DNA of 64,000 nt from an uncultured Staphylococcaceae bacterium (GTDB lineage Bacteria; Bacillota_I; Bacilli_A; RFN20; CAG-826): positions 35,168 to 99,167 of the forward strand of contig CAZXCV010000001.1 in the NCBI GenBank assembly GCA_964639215.1, read 5' to 3'. The position numbers and the translations under genes are program-made. The notes under the pieces were generated by a model. It was not told the DNA's origin. It did no database searches and saw nothing but the letters and a program-made list of their open reading frames with translations. Of this stretch, positions 1 to 11,114 are shown piece after piece. Every line of letters begins with the position of its first letter. Position 1 is the stretch's first letter.

Positions 1-1225
1 AGGCAAAGAGCGCTGCGGCTAAAAAGATATGTGGTGTCGGTACATCTTTAACTTGTCCAAATTCAAGATAAGTACGCCCTGTTGACATAATAACCCGAGC
101 GCCAATAAAGGGACCAATAAGCATCGGAATTAACACATAAAAAATCATGCGGATACCTTGAAAGTGTCCCGCTTTATCGCTTGGTGTATAATCGCGCACC
201 TTGGCGTTTAATAACGTGCCTAAAAGTAAATTTCCGCTCATCATCACAAGGCCAAAAACACCAACCAGCACTGGATTATCCACGAAAAAGAGCCCGAGTG
301 AACCACTGATGAATAGCGCAAATCCTGGAATGAAAAAATAGTTCTTGTTATGCTCACGGATAAATCTTGAAACAATCATCGTGACGATGGAAGCTCCAAG
401 GACGATTGCGCCCATTAATAGCGCATAATCAACAATTCCAAGATATTCAGTGAAATATACGATGAAGTATGGATACCAGATTTGCATTGAAATTGCCATG
501 ATGGCATAGGTAATTAATGTGATGTATAACCGCGTGTGTTTCTTGAATGAAGACATGCGATAACCATAAAAAAACGTTGGCCAGTAATCAGTTGAAGGCG
601 TGAAACTTGAATCTTTAATTGTAAAAATTCCAATGACGCCACCAACCGTGATTAAACCACCAAGAATCAGAAAAAAGAGTGGCCATTGATCACCACTAGA
701 AAAACGGTCAAAACCTCCAAAGACGAGGAGTAACGATATTAACGGGAGTGTTGCAAGGACACCTTCAATTGGACCACGATTATCTTTATTTGAAATATCG
801 GTAATCCAAGCATTAAATGCCCCGTCATTCGCGCTGGAACCGAAGAAAGTCATGATGCAGTCCATCAAGATAACGATGACGATTCCAACGGTAACAGCTG
901 TTGCTTGAGGCATAATCATCTCGAGGCGTTCAAGTGAGATAAAGGCAAATGACAATGTGACGAGTCCCCACAAAATATAACCGACGGTGATAAATATCTT
1001 CCGCTTACCAACTTTATCGCTTAAAGCCCCCATAAACATCGTCGTTAACGTCGCCATTCCTGCAGATGCGGCGACCATCAAGGCGATTGCTTGACTATTC
1101 GGAGCAATTTCATAATATAGAAACTTATTGAAATACATATTTTCAATCGTCCAGGCAATCTGGCCAATTAACCCAAAAAAGACGATTACGAACCAATGAT
1201 TAAAACCAATTCGCTGCTGTTTCAT
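1..1225 (-). CDS. MFS transporter, glycoside-pentoside-hexuronide (GPH):cation symporter-like; partial, C-terminus lies beyond the window start
   Basis: Minus-strand ORF with ATG at 1225 (RBS GAGGG upstream) translates MKQQRIGFNHWFVIVFFGLIGQIAWTIENMYFNKFLYYEIAP...GALSDKVGKRK. The GxLSDKxGKRK motif and polytopic hydrophobic character are typical of GPH/MelB-type symporters. The ORF runs off the window edge. Confidence 0.55.
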   Translation of the reverse strand, partial: MKQQRIGFNHWFVIVFFGLIGQIAWTIENMYFNKFLYYEIAPNSQAIALMVAASAGMATLTTMFMGALSDKVGKRKIFITVGYILWGLVTLSFAFISLERLEMIMPQATAVTVGIVIVILMDCIMTFFGSSANDGAFNAWITDISNKDNRGPIEGVLATLPLISLLLVFGGFDRFSSGDQWPLFFLILGGLITVGGVIGIFTIKDSSFTPSTDYWPTFFYGYRMSSFKKHTRLYITLITYAIMAISMQIWYPYFIVYFTEYLGIVDYALLMGAIVLGASIVTMIVSRFIREHNKNYFFIPGFALFISGSLGLFFVDNPVLVGVFGLVMMSGNLLLGTLLNAKVRDYTPSDKAGHFQGIRMIFYVLIPMLIGPFIGARVIMSTGRTYLEFGQVKDVPTPHIFLAAALFA

Positions 1226-1319
1226 TTCTTGACCCTCATGGAACTTTCTTTAAAAAACAGTATATGTCAATTTATTCCCCTTGTTCCAGTGCGAACAAGA
1301 AAATATTAATAAAAAACAA

Positions 1320-2612
1320 TTATATTATTGTTTGTATGGGGCTTATTTTGGTAATCCCGGCATAGATGATTGTGACGATACTTCCTCGAATCAAATCATC
1401 CTTTCGTACATAGGCTTTGAGGTAGTTAGAACTGTGGCCTTCGTAGGCTTGACGTTTCTCGTCGTATTGTTCAATCACAAGACTGAGTGGCTGCCCGATG
1501 AAGCGTAATGCGTAAGCATCTTCAAGTTCATGAGACAACGTTAAGAGTCGCTCAACCCGCGCCTTCTTGATATTTATTGCGACTTCATCGTGATATTTTG
1601 CCGCATGAGTCCCAGCACGTGGTGAATATGGAAAGACGTGAATTTTTGCGAACTTCAATTGCTTTGCCACGTTAAAAGTATCCATAAACATCGTTTCAGT
1701 TTCGCCTGGGAATCCGACGATAATGTCGGTTGTGATGGCAATATCTGGGAGTAGTGCATATATTTCATCAATCTTATCTATAAACTGTTGCCTCGAATAA
1801 TGGCGATTCATTTTTGTTAATATTTCATCGCTACCACTTTGAAGCGGAATATGAAGATGGCGCGCCATCCTTGGTTCTTGCCTTAACATCGTTAGAAAGC
1901 GTGATGTGATTTCACTTGCTTCAATGCTTGAAATTCGAAGTCGATAAAGCGTAGGAAACGATATGAAGATGTCGTTCAACAAATCATCAAATGAATAGTT
2001 AGTTAAATCACGCCCATAACCTGCGGTATGAATACCAGTCAACACAATCTCTTGATAACCACGTCCCACTAAGGTGCCAATCTCGGTTAAAACATCATCT
2101 TTTGGACGTGAACGTAGTCTTCCCCGCGCATATGGGATAATACAATAAGAACAAAAATTATCGCACCCATCTTGGATTTTGACATAAGCACGGGTGCGAT
2201 CGCTATAACTCGTGACTTTTAATTCTTCATACTCCGACTTGGCGACATTTGCCTCAATCTGAACTTGTTTGATGCCCGTCGTCAGATATTTTTCAAGTAA
2301 ATCAGGGATGAGATGCCTCATTGAGGTACCAATGAGCACGCCGACATTTGGTAAATCCAGCATTGATTGATCGATTTGTGAGTAACAACCCATGATTGCG
2401 AGAATTACATGTGGATTAGCATGCACAAAACGATGCATCATCTGCCGCGATTTCTTCGCACTCATATTCGTGACACTACACGTGTTAATGATGGCGATGT
2501 CTGGCGCCACATCTTGATATTGATAGCCTCGCTCCAACATTAAGAGCTTCAATGCTTCGGATTCATAGCTATTAACTTTACATCCAAGTGTGTAAACGGC
2601 AAATGTCTTCAT
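1320..2612 (-). CDS. mtaB: tRNA t6A37 methylthiotransferase MtaB (radical SAM, MiaB-like)
   Basis: 430 aa starting MKTFAVYTLGCKVNSYESE. It has the N-terminal UPF0004 Cys triad and a radical-SAM CxxxCxxC (CSYCIIPYARG). Its position after rsmE matches Bacillus yqeV. Confidence 0.8.
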   Translation of the reverse strand: MKTFAVYTLGCKVNSYESEALKLLMLERGYQYQDVAPDIAIINTCSVTNMSAKKSRQMMHRFVHANPHVILAIMGCYSQIDQSMLDLPNVGVLIGTSMRHLIPDLLEKYLTTGIKQVQIEANVAKSEYEELKVTSYSDRTRAYVKIQDGCDNFCSYCIIPYARGRLRSRPKDDVLTEIGTLVGRGYQEIVLTGIHTAGYGRDLTNYSFDDLLNDIFISFPTLYRLRISSIEASEITSRFLTMLRQEPRMARHLHIPLQSGSDEILTKMNRHYSRQQFIDKIDEIYALLPDIAITTDIIVGFPGETETMFMDTFNVAKQLKFAKIHVFPYSPRAGTHAAKYHDEVAINIKKARVERLLTLSHELEDAYALRFIGQPLSLVIEQYDEKRQAYEGHSSNYLKAYVRKDDLIRGSIVTIIYAGITKISPIQTII

Positions 2613-3403
2613 AGCTTATATTTTTTACGTTCGTCTTTAATGATTGCCTGTGTCCATTTATCAATGAGTGTCTGACTCACTAATTTTTTGTTTAACAATT
2701 CGGTGACGAGCAAATCACGATTATTGCTAAAGTACGCCGCAACGACAGGTAAGACCCGGTCAATGATACCTTCATAATCTGGGTTGGCTAAATGTCGGTC
2801 AAATAAAGCGATTTTAACATCAAGGCCGCCCTGGGCATTGATCAATAAGATATTGCGGAAATCAAGATGATAAAACGCCATCGAAGTTCGGTCACTCCCA
2901 AGTTTAATCAGCTTGGTGAAATATGAATCGAACAGCATGAAATTGTATGTTTCAAATGGATTAATCACTGATGCTGTGAAATCTTTTGTGAGCTTATCAT
3001 ACGGAAAATCAAATAGTTTGTCTGGTTCATTCGTATAAACAAAGTTCATCGCTCGATTAAAAATCGGGACATACATTTTTGTCTCATTATCGATTAAATA
3101 TGGTAAATCGAGGTGTTTGGCTAAGATGGCTTGACGAATGTCATGATGACGGATGCGCTGATGTTTAGCAAGTGAAGCCTGTCCAAGTTCCTGTAACTGC
3201 GCTTCAATCGCCAATTTATTTTGCAATGATTTAATTACGATGTTGGCTTTGATCAAAGAAAAGTCGTCTTCTAGACTATATAAGTCAAGAAAGCAGTTAT
3301 GGTCAATCAATAAATGTCGATTAGCAATGAAAAATGCATATTCGTCGCTATCGGACAATCGTTTATTTTTTTGCTCTTGTTTTAATAATTCAAATAGTCG
3401 CAT
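2609..3403 (-). CDS. hypothetical protein (about 265 aa) with no recognisable motif; ATGA stop/start overlap with mtaB
   Basis: The ORF at 2609..3421 uses a TTG in the track; the first ATG is at 3403 (MRLFELLKQEQ...). It sits where prmA lies in the Bacillus dnaJ-prmA-rsmE-mtaB cluster but has no SAM-binding GxGxG motif. Confidence 0.4.
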   Translation of the reverse strand: MRLFELLKQEQKNKRLSDSDEYAFFIANRHLLIDHNCFLDLYSLEDDFSLIKANIVIKSLQNKLAIEAQLQELGQASLAKHQRIRHHDIRQAILAKHLDLPYLIDNETKMYVPIFNRAMNFVYTNEPDKLFDFPYDKLTKDFTASVINPFETYNFMLFDSYFTKLIKLGSDRTSMAFYHLDFRNILLINAQGGLDVKIALFDRHLANPDYEGIIDRVLPVVAAYFSNNRDLLVTELLNKKLVSQTLIDKWTQAIIKDERKKYKL

Positions 3404-4100
3404 GTTCTTTGATATAACCAATCAATGCCATGGCGGCGATTGCTGCTGTTTCACTTCGTAAAATATGACGTCCTAGTGACACTGGTAGATATCCTGCCTT
3501 GATTGCCGTGTCGAGTTCGGTAGGCTCAAAGCCACCTTCTGGGCCAACTAAAATCGCTAGATCCTGATTTTGAGATATTGGAACATTTAATGGTGGTTTT
3601 CCTGCTTCGAGTTCCGAAGCGATGAGTTTGAGACCAAAGTCAAACGTAAACACTTCACTAAGCGATGGAGCAAATGATAACTCAGGCATGCGCGTACGAC
3701 GACTTTGTTCGGCTGCTTCTTTAATAATCGCTTCATATCGAGCCAATTTTCTCGATATGTCGGCATCTTGCCATTTAACGATTGAACGCTTTGTAATGGT
3801 TAAAATGATATGGTCAACACCAAGCTCGGTCGCTTTTTGTACGACAAAATCGAGTTTTTCACCTTTTGGCAAACTATAAATGAGCGTGAGACGATAATCA
3901 CGAGTCGCTGTTTCCAATTGTCGTTTAACCGCGATAATAAGCGGTTTCAGCATCGTGATTTCCGCTAAATATAACGAGCCGTGGTCGACGACTTCAATTT
4001 CGGTACCTTTACGCGCCCGAAGGACAACGAGTAAATGATGTTCGTCACTGCTCGATAAAAAGACATTTCCGCTACTGACGCGGGCAAAATAACGCGTCAT
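3390..4100 (-). CDS. rsmE: 16S rRNA (uracil1498-N3)-methyltransferase RsmE
   Basis: 236 aa, MTRYFA... with an N-terminal PUA-like region and a C-terminal SPOUT region (ILVGPEGGFEPTE). Synteny with dnaJ and mtaB supports the call. Confidence 0.75.
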   Translation of the reverse strand: MTRYFARVSSGNVFLSSSDEHHLLVVLRARKGTEIEVVDHGSLYLAEITMLKPLIIAVKRQLETATRDYRLTLIYSLPKGEKLDFVVQKATELGVDHIILTITKRSIVKWQDADISRKLARYEAIIKEAAEQSRRTRMPELSFAPSLSEVFTFDFGLKLIASELEAGKPPLNVPISQNQDLAILVGPEGGFEPTELDTAIKAGYLPVSLGRHILRSETAAIAAMALIGYIKEHATI

Positions 4101-4101
4101 A

Positions 4102-4518
4102 TTACTTCAGTAACTCGTTGCGCCCGTCTTTTAGATTCGTACTCAGTAGAATATATAGACCAAGACCGACTTGCAAAATGAGAAGTACACCAAATAACGA
4201 ATACATTAGAAGCGCACCTCCGATAATTGCGGTCGCGATGATGACAATCGAGGTAAATAGTGCCCAAAGGCCGATACGTTTATATGCTAAGTAAAAAAAT
4301 GGCGCGCCTGTAAATCCGATGAAAAATGCCAACAAAGCAGCAATTTTCCGGCTCTTTTGACGAATAAGTTCAAAATCTTTAGCGACAGGATCATACGTTT
4401 CGGTATAATCTTGTCCGGCCATATTTACTGGCTCACCCGCTGGATTTGGCTCATGACAAATTGGGCATTCAGATAGTTGTTTTTCAAGCGGTGTTCCGCA
4501 TTTCTTACACGTAAACAT
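4102..4518 (-). CDS. zinc-ribbon plus TM2-domain membrane protein
   Basis: The N-terminal CKKCGTPL...CPICHEP is a four-Cys zinc ribbon, followed by two hydrophobic helices typical of TM2 domains. Confidence 0.5.
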   Translation of the reverse strand: MFTCKKCGTPLEKQLSECPICHEPNPAGEPVNMAGQDYTETYDPVAKDFELIRQKSRKIAALLAFFIGFTGAPFFYLAYKRIGLWALFTSIVIIATAIIGGALLMYSLFGVLLILQVGLGLYILLSTNLKDGRNELLK

Positions 4519-4564
4519 ATCATCACCTACTTTCTTATTATTATTGATTATTTAGATAAGTAAG

Positions 4565-4589
4565 TAAATTAAAAGCGCTCAATGAGCGC
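4565..4589 (-). terminator. Rho-independent terminator after dnaJ
   Basis: GCGCTC-aat-GAGCGC hairpin (4575-4589) followed on the minus strand by a T-rich tract (plus-strand A-run 4565-4574), immediately downstream of the dnaJ stop at 4596. Confidence 0.6.
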
Positions 4590-4595
4590 ATTTAA

Positions 4596-5720
4596 CTAAG
4601 CTTTGAAAAATCGTTTGAAGCGATCAAACATCGATTCGCTCTTGCCGCTTTCTTTCTTAAATTCCTCTAAGAGTTCTTTTTGTCGTTTGGATAAATTCGA
4701 TGGTGTCGCGACTTTTAGATGAATGTATTGGTCACCAGGATTACCACCGCGGAGGTCATTGACGCCTTTACCCTTTAATTTTAAAACTTTATCAGGTTGT
4801 GTCCCGGCCGGTATTTTTACGAGTACGTCCCCATACACGGTCGGTACTTCAAGATCTATTCCAAGCGAGGCATCAACAAATGAAATTGGAACTTCAAGGT
4901 GGATATCATTACCATCACGTTGGAAGTGTTCGTGGCTCGAGATGGCGACTTCAATAAAGAGATCGCCGTTCGTACCACCATCGTGACCACGTTCACCTTT
5001 ACCACCAATGCGAATTTGTTGGCCATTATTTATGCCAGATGGGATATTAACCTCGATATCGGTGCGGACACGGTTATAACCTTTGCCACCACATGCATCA
5101 CATGTGCGGTTAATCGTTTTACCTTTACCACCACATGTGGGACATGTATTTTGCGATTCCATCGTACCAAGAATCGTTTGTTGTCGGGTCTTAATATAGC
5201 CAGATCCATGACACGTACTACATGTGCTAACGTCAGAACTCGAATGAGCTCCGGTACCCCCACAACGCGTACATTGTTCATCGTAGGTAATCGGAATGCT
5301 GACGCGTTTACCTTTAATTGCGTCCATAAAGCCAATTTTGATGCGCATGAACGAATCGGCGCCTCGACGTGGACCGGCTTGTGGACGGCTGCGCCGGGAA
5401 CCACCAAAGAACGATCCGAACAAGTCGCCGAGATCAACATCTTGGAAGGAACCACCACCGAATCCTTGGAACGGATTGCCACCGCCCATGTTTTGATCGA
5501 AGGCGGCATGGCCAAATTGATCGTAAGTCGACCGTTTTTGATCATCATATAAAACGTCATAAGCTTCTTGAACTTCTTTGAACTTCGCTTCAGCGTCGCT
5601 CGCTTTATTGACGTCAGGATGATATTTTTTGGCTAACTTACGATATGCGGCTTTAATCTCGTCTTTACTTGTGCCTTTCGAGATGCCGAGCACATCGTAA
5701 TAATCGCGTTTATTGGCCAT
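4596..5720 (-). CDS. dnaJ: chaperone DnaJ (Hsp40)
   Basis: [36 protein letters not shown] is a J domain with HPD. It also has a G/F-rich region and four CxxCxGxG zinc-finger repeats. Confidence 0.95.
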   Translation of the reverse strand: MANKRDYYDVLGISKGTSKDEIKAAYRKLAKKYHPDVNKASDAEAKFKEVQEAYDVLYDDQKRSTYDQFGHAAFDQNMGGGNPFQGFGGGSFQDVDLGDLFGSFFGGSRRSRPQAGPRRGADSFMRIKIGFMDAIKGKRVSIPITYDEQCTRCGGTGAHSSSDVSTCSTCHGSGYIKTRQQTILGTMESQNTCPTCGGKGKTINRTCDACGGKGYNRVRTDIEVNIPSGINNGQQIRIGGKGERGHDGGTNGDLFIEVAISSHEHFQRDGNDIHLEVPISFVDASLGIDLEVPTVYGDVLVKIPAGTQPDKVLKLKGKGVNDLRGGNPGDQYIHLKVATPSNLSKRQKELLEEFKKESGKSESMFDRFKRFFKA

Positions 5721-5734
5721 GTAATAATCCTATG

Positions 5735-8196
<2,462 letters not shown>

Positions 8197-8202
8197 GCAC
8201 GA

Positions 8203-9216
8203 TCACCTTTCTTTCTTACTAAAGTAGTCTTCTAACATCCCAGCGATATATTCAAGCGCGCTGACGACGCGATCATAATCCATCCGAGTCGGTCCAACCA
8301 CAGCGATCGTCCCTTCAGGTCGTCCTGGAATTGCAAGGCGACTCGAGATAATCGAGACATCGCCATATTCCTCTCCAACGTCACCAATCTTGATGGTGAT
8401 ATTTTCACCTTCTTGTTGCACATCGCGGAATACTTGCGGTGAATCGAGCAGTGAGATGAGATGACGAAGTTTTTGGGCATCGGTGCTAAATTCGGGCTGT
8501 GAAAATAGTTCATCAGTGCCATATGTTCGTAACCGATCACTTGCAAAGTGGAGGAACGCTTGGGCAAACGCCTGGTAGATTACATCATGTTCGGCAATAT
8601 AATCTTGTAAGATTGGACGAATGGCTTCCATTTTGCTAACGAGTTCAGAGATTGGTGTCCCGGCCAACCGCTCATTCAAAAGCTTAATGCTTTTTTGTAA
8701 ATCGGTAATCGACATTTCATCGGGCACCACGAACGTCTTATTTTCGACATAGCCTTGATCGGTTACGAACACGGCCGTGGCTGAGTTACCGGCAATCGGG
8801 ATGATTGTGAGGCTGACCAGCCGTTCGTCTTTGGCATTCGGTCCGAGCACGATTGAAGCAAGATTCGTCATATGGGCGAGAATTTCACAACTTTCGCGCA
8901 AGATATCTTCGATTGACTGTGTTTTCTTATCGAGAATCAGTTGTAGTTGCTGTTTAATCGTCTCATCGACACCACGGCTGCGAAGATTATCAATATAGTA
9001 GCGATATCCTTTACTCGAGGGAACGCGTCCTGATGAAGTGTGCGTCTTTTCTAAAAACGCCGCTCCTTCAAGTTCGCTCATTTCTGCACGTATGGTCGCG
9101 CTCGAATATGGTAAATCATACGCTTCGATCAACGTGTGGCTTCCAACAGGAACCGCCGTTTTAATGAAGTGTTCAACAATGAGTTTTAAGATTTGATCGC
9201 GGCGGGATAAGACCAT
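8203..9216 (-). CDS. hrcA: heat-inducible transcription repressor HrcA
   Basis: 337 aa, MVLSRRDQILKLIVEHFIKTAVPVGS... with an N-terminal wHTH. It is the first gene of the dnaK operon, immediately downstream of the CIRCE elements. Confidence 0.9.
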   Translation of the reverse strand: MVLSRRDQILKLIVEHFIKTAVPVGSHTLIEAYDLPYSSATIRAEMSELEGAAFLEKTHTSSGRVPSSKGYRYYIDNLRSRGVDETIKQQLQLILDKKTQSIEDILRESCEILAHMTNLASIVLGPNAKDERLVSLTIIPIAGNSATAVFVTDQGYVENKTFVVPDEMSITDLQKSIKLLNERLAGTPISELVSKMEAIRPILQDYIAEHDVIYQAFAQAFLHFASDRLRTYGTDELFSQPEFSTDAQKLRHLISLLDSPQVFRDVQQEGENITIKIGDVGEEYGDVSIISSRLAIPGRPEGTIAVVGPTRMDYDRVVSALEYIAGMLEDYFSKKER

Positions 9217-9228
9217 GATTGCTCCTCA

Positions 9229-9255
9229 TTAGCACACTAATTCTTTGAGTGCCAC
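9229..9255 (-). promoter_or_regulatory. CIRCE-like HrcA operator 1
   Basis: TTAGCACAC-N9-GAGTGCCAC versus the consensus TTAGCACTC-N9-GAGTGCTAA. It sits 13 nt upstream of the hrcA start, between the promoter and the RBS. Confidence 0.7.
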
Positions 9256-9259
9256 GACC

Positions 9260-9288
9260 ATTTTATACCACGAAATTAGCACTGTCAA
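9260..9288 (-). promoter_or_regulatory. sigma-A type promoter of the hrcA-grpE-dnaK-dnaJ operon
   Basis: On the minus strand there is a TTGACA at 9283-9288, then a 15-17 nt spacer, then TATAAA/TAAAAT at 9260-9267. The promoter overlaps CIRCE 2. Confidence 0.5.
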
Positions 9289-9302
9289 TAAATAAGTGCT
9301 AG
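9276..9302 (-). promoter_or_regulatory. CIRCE-like HrcA operator 2
   Basis: TTAGCACTG-N9-AAGTGCTAG. The -35 TTGACA lies in its spacer. Confidence 0.65.
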
Positions 9303-9342
9303 TGGTCTTACCAAATTATTAAATTTAATCGTTGTTAAGTGA

Positions 9343-9747
9343 CTAATAACACTTTTTATCAATCACTAATGTGTCCGAAAGTCGGTCAAAAATTGTCCGT
9401 TCGGTATGAATGATAATCATGTTCAAGGCATTAATAAGCGCCCAGGCAAAAATTGCGAGTCCAGCGACGCGGATGAGAGCAATACGGGCAGAAATTTTCT
9501 GGTCATCAAGGCGGACGACACGAATTCTTGTAATCATACTGCCAAGTGTCAATCCATTTGTGAGTGTGAGAAAACTGAATGTCAAAAGCGCATAGATGAC
9601 AGCAGCCGCAATTTGTGACAAAAGAATTTTTTCAATCAGCAAGAGATTGATCGGTAATAAAAAGAAGATGGCGAAAGCGGCAACAGCAGCAATCCCATAA
9701 TCAATGAAGTAAGCGATGATTCGTTTTTCATATCGTGCGATATGCAT
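9343..9747 (-). CDS. RDD-family membrane protein
   Basis: 134 aa with YFIDYGIAAVAAFAIFF and a second TM segment, arranged as in RDD domains. Confidence 0.5.
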   Translation of the reverse strand: MHIARYEKRIIAYFIDYGIAAVAAFAIFFLLPINLLLIEKILLSQIAAAVIYALLTFSFLTLTNGLTLGSMITRIRVVRLDDQKISARIALIRVAGLAIFAWALINALNMIIIHTERTIFDRLSDTLVIDKKCY

Positions 9748-9757
9748 ATTCGTCTCC

Positions 9758-10873
9758 TTAAGATAATAATGTCACGATTATCTTGTCTAAAAGCATTAAG
9801 CCATCATCAGTAGCATACCAAAAATGTTGGTAATTATGAAGTAAACCACCCTCGAGAAGTTTTGGAAATTTATCGAAGTAGCGAACGCTGAATTCAGCAT
9901 CAAAGAGCCTGTGATATTCACGTTCATCAAAACCAGTATCTAACCGAAGTTTTAGCATCAGATAATATTCCTCTTTTAACGTAAGATCGATCTTTTCTCG
10001 TTCACTGATAGTGATGCCTTGGCAGTATTTACTAAAGTTTTGGGTATTCTTATAGCGAATTTCGTCGTCATCTTCTTTAATATAGCCACTTGCTCCGAGG
10101 CCAACACCATAATAAAACTCATTATTCCAATAGGTTTGATTATGACGAGCTTCATAACCTGGTTTTGCAAAATTTGACACTTCATAACGACGATAGCCAG
10201 CTTTTCTCAATTGGTCCAAGATGAGATCATAATGATTGCGCGAGCGATCGTTACTTACCGTTTTTACACCTCGAATTCCAAACACGGTGTGAGGATGAAC
10301 CGTTAAGGAGTATGTACTAATATGTTCGACATCTAACTTGATGGCGGTTTCGATATCCGCGATCAAATCACGGTTCGTTTGTCCTGGAAGATCAAAGATT
10401 AAATCGATGTTGATGTTATTAAACCCAACTTCACGTGCCATAGAAATAGTCGTATTAACATCTTTCCCACGATGATTCCGGTTCATTTTTTTCAGTAATC
10501 GATCGTTAAATGATTGTACACCGATACTTAAACGGTTAACGCCATAGTGGTGGAGCAGCTTTAATTTTTCAAGCGTGAGATTTTCAATATTTCCTTCGAC
10601 CGTAAATTCATAGTTATTGTCTATTAAAGGACGCAAAGTCATCAGTAATAACTCTAACTGATCGAGTCGCAAAGCAGTTGGTGTTCCACCACCGATATAA
10701 ATACTTTGGAGCGATGTCGGTTGATAATGGTCAAGTTCTAAAAAAAGCCACCGTAAATATGTGGTGGCCCACTCGGGGTGATAGAGCATCTTCGTGTAAT
10801 CACAATAATGACAAAGATGCTCACAAAAAGGGATATGGACGTATAATGCTTTAATCTTTTGGTTTGGTGACAT
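9758..10873 (-). CDS. hemW: radical SAM heme chaperone HemW (HemN-like, coproporphyrinogen III oxidase-like)
   Basis: The likely start is ATG 10873 (MSPNQKIKALYVHIPFCEHLCHYCDY), which carries the CxxxCxxC radical-SAM motif. Bacillus synteny is lepA-hemN-hrcA. Confidence 0.8.
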   Translation of the reverse strand: MSPNQKIKALYVHIPFCEHLCHYCDYTKMLYHPEWATTYLRWLFLELDHYQPTSLQSIYIGGGTPTALRLDQLELLLMTLRPLIDNNYEFTVEGNIENLTLEKLKLLHHYGVNRLSIGVQSFNDRLLKKMNRNHRGKDVNTTISMAREVGFNNINIDLIFDLPGQTNRDLIADIETAIKLDVEHISTYSLTVHPHTVFGIRGVKTVSNDRSRNHYDLILDQLRKAGYRRYEVSNFAKPGYEARHNQTYWNNEFYYGVGLGASGYIKEDDDEIRYKNTQNFSKYCQGITISEREKIDLTLKEEYYLMLKLRLDTGFDEREYHRLFDAEFSVRYFDKFPKLLEGGLLHNYQHFWYATDDGLMLLDKIIVTLLS

Positions 10874-11102
10874 CAGGAGTGAATTTTTCCATTTCTTCCT
10901 GGGTCTTATCATCTTCGATTTTAACGATGACGCGCTCAATTTCTTCACGCGCCGCTTCTTCTTCGTCAATCTTGACATCCTTGTTTTTCAAACTTGGAAC
11001 ATGCTTTCGTAATAAGTACGCTGCCAGTGAAATAATTCCGAAAAAGGCTAAGATGACAATGACGGCAATAATTGGATTTTCTAAAATGCTATTATAACTC
11101 AC
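10851..11102 (-). CDS. small membrane protein with a charged C-terminal tail (83 aa)
   Basis: It has one N-terminal TM helix (IIAVIVILAFFGIISLAAYLL) followed by a KD/E-rich tail. It overlaps the hemW start by 23 nt and lies 13 nt downstream of the Fic-like gene. Confidence 0.4.
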   Translation of the reverse strand: MSYNSILENPIIAVIVILAFFGIISLAAYLLRKHVPSLKNKDVKIDEEEAAREEIERVIVKIEDDKTQEEMEKFTPDVTKPKD

Positions 11103-11114
11103 GATAACTCCCTA

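Noticed and set aside
4723-5581. Several 66-217-aa ORFs on both strands inside dnaJ (4723..4986, 4899..5552, 5030..5560, 5296..5496, 5369..5581)
   Set aside because: They overlap the well-supported dnaJ frame, and their translations are low-complexity and repetitive. They are antisense or out-of-frame artefacts of the G/F-rich and Cys-repeat coding sequence.
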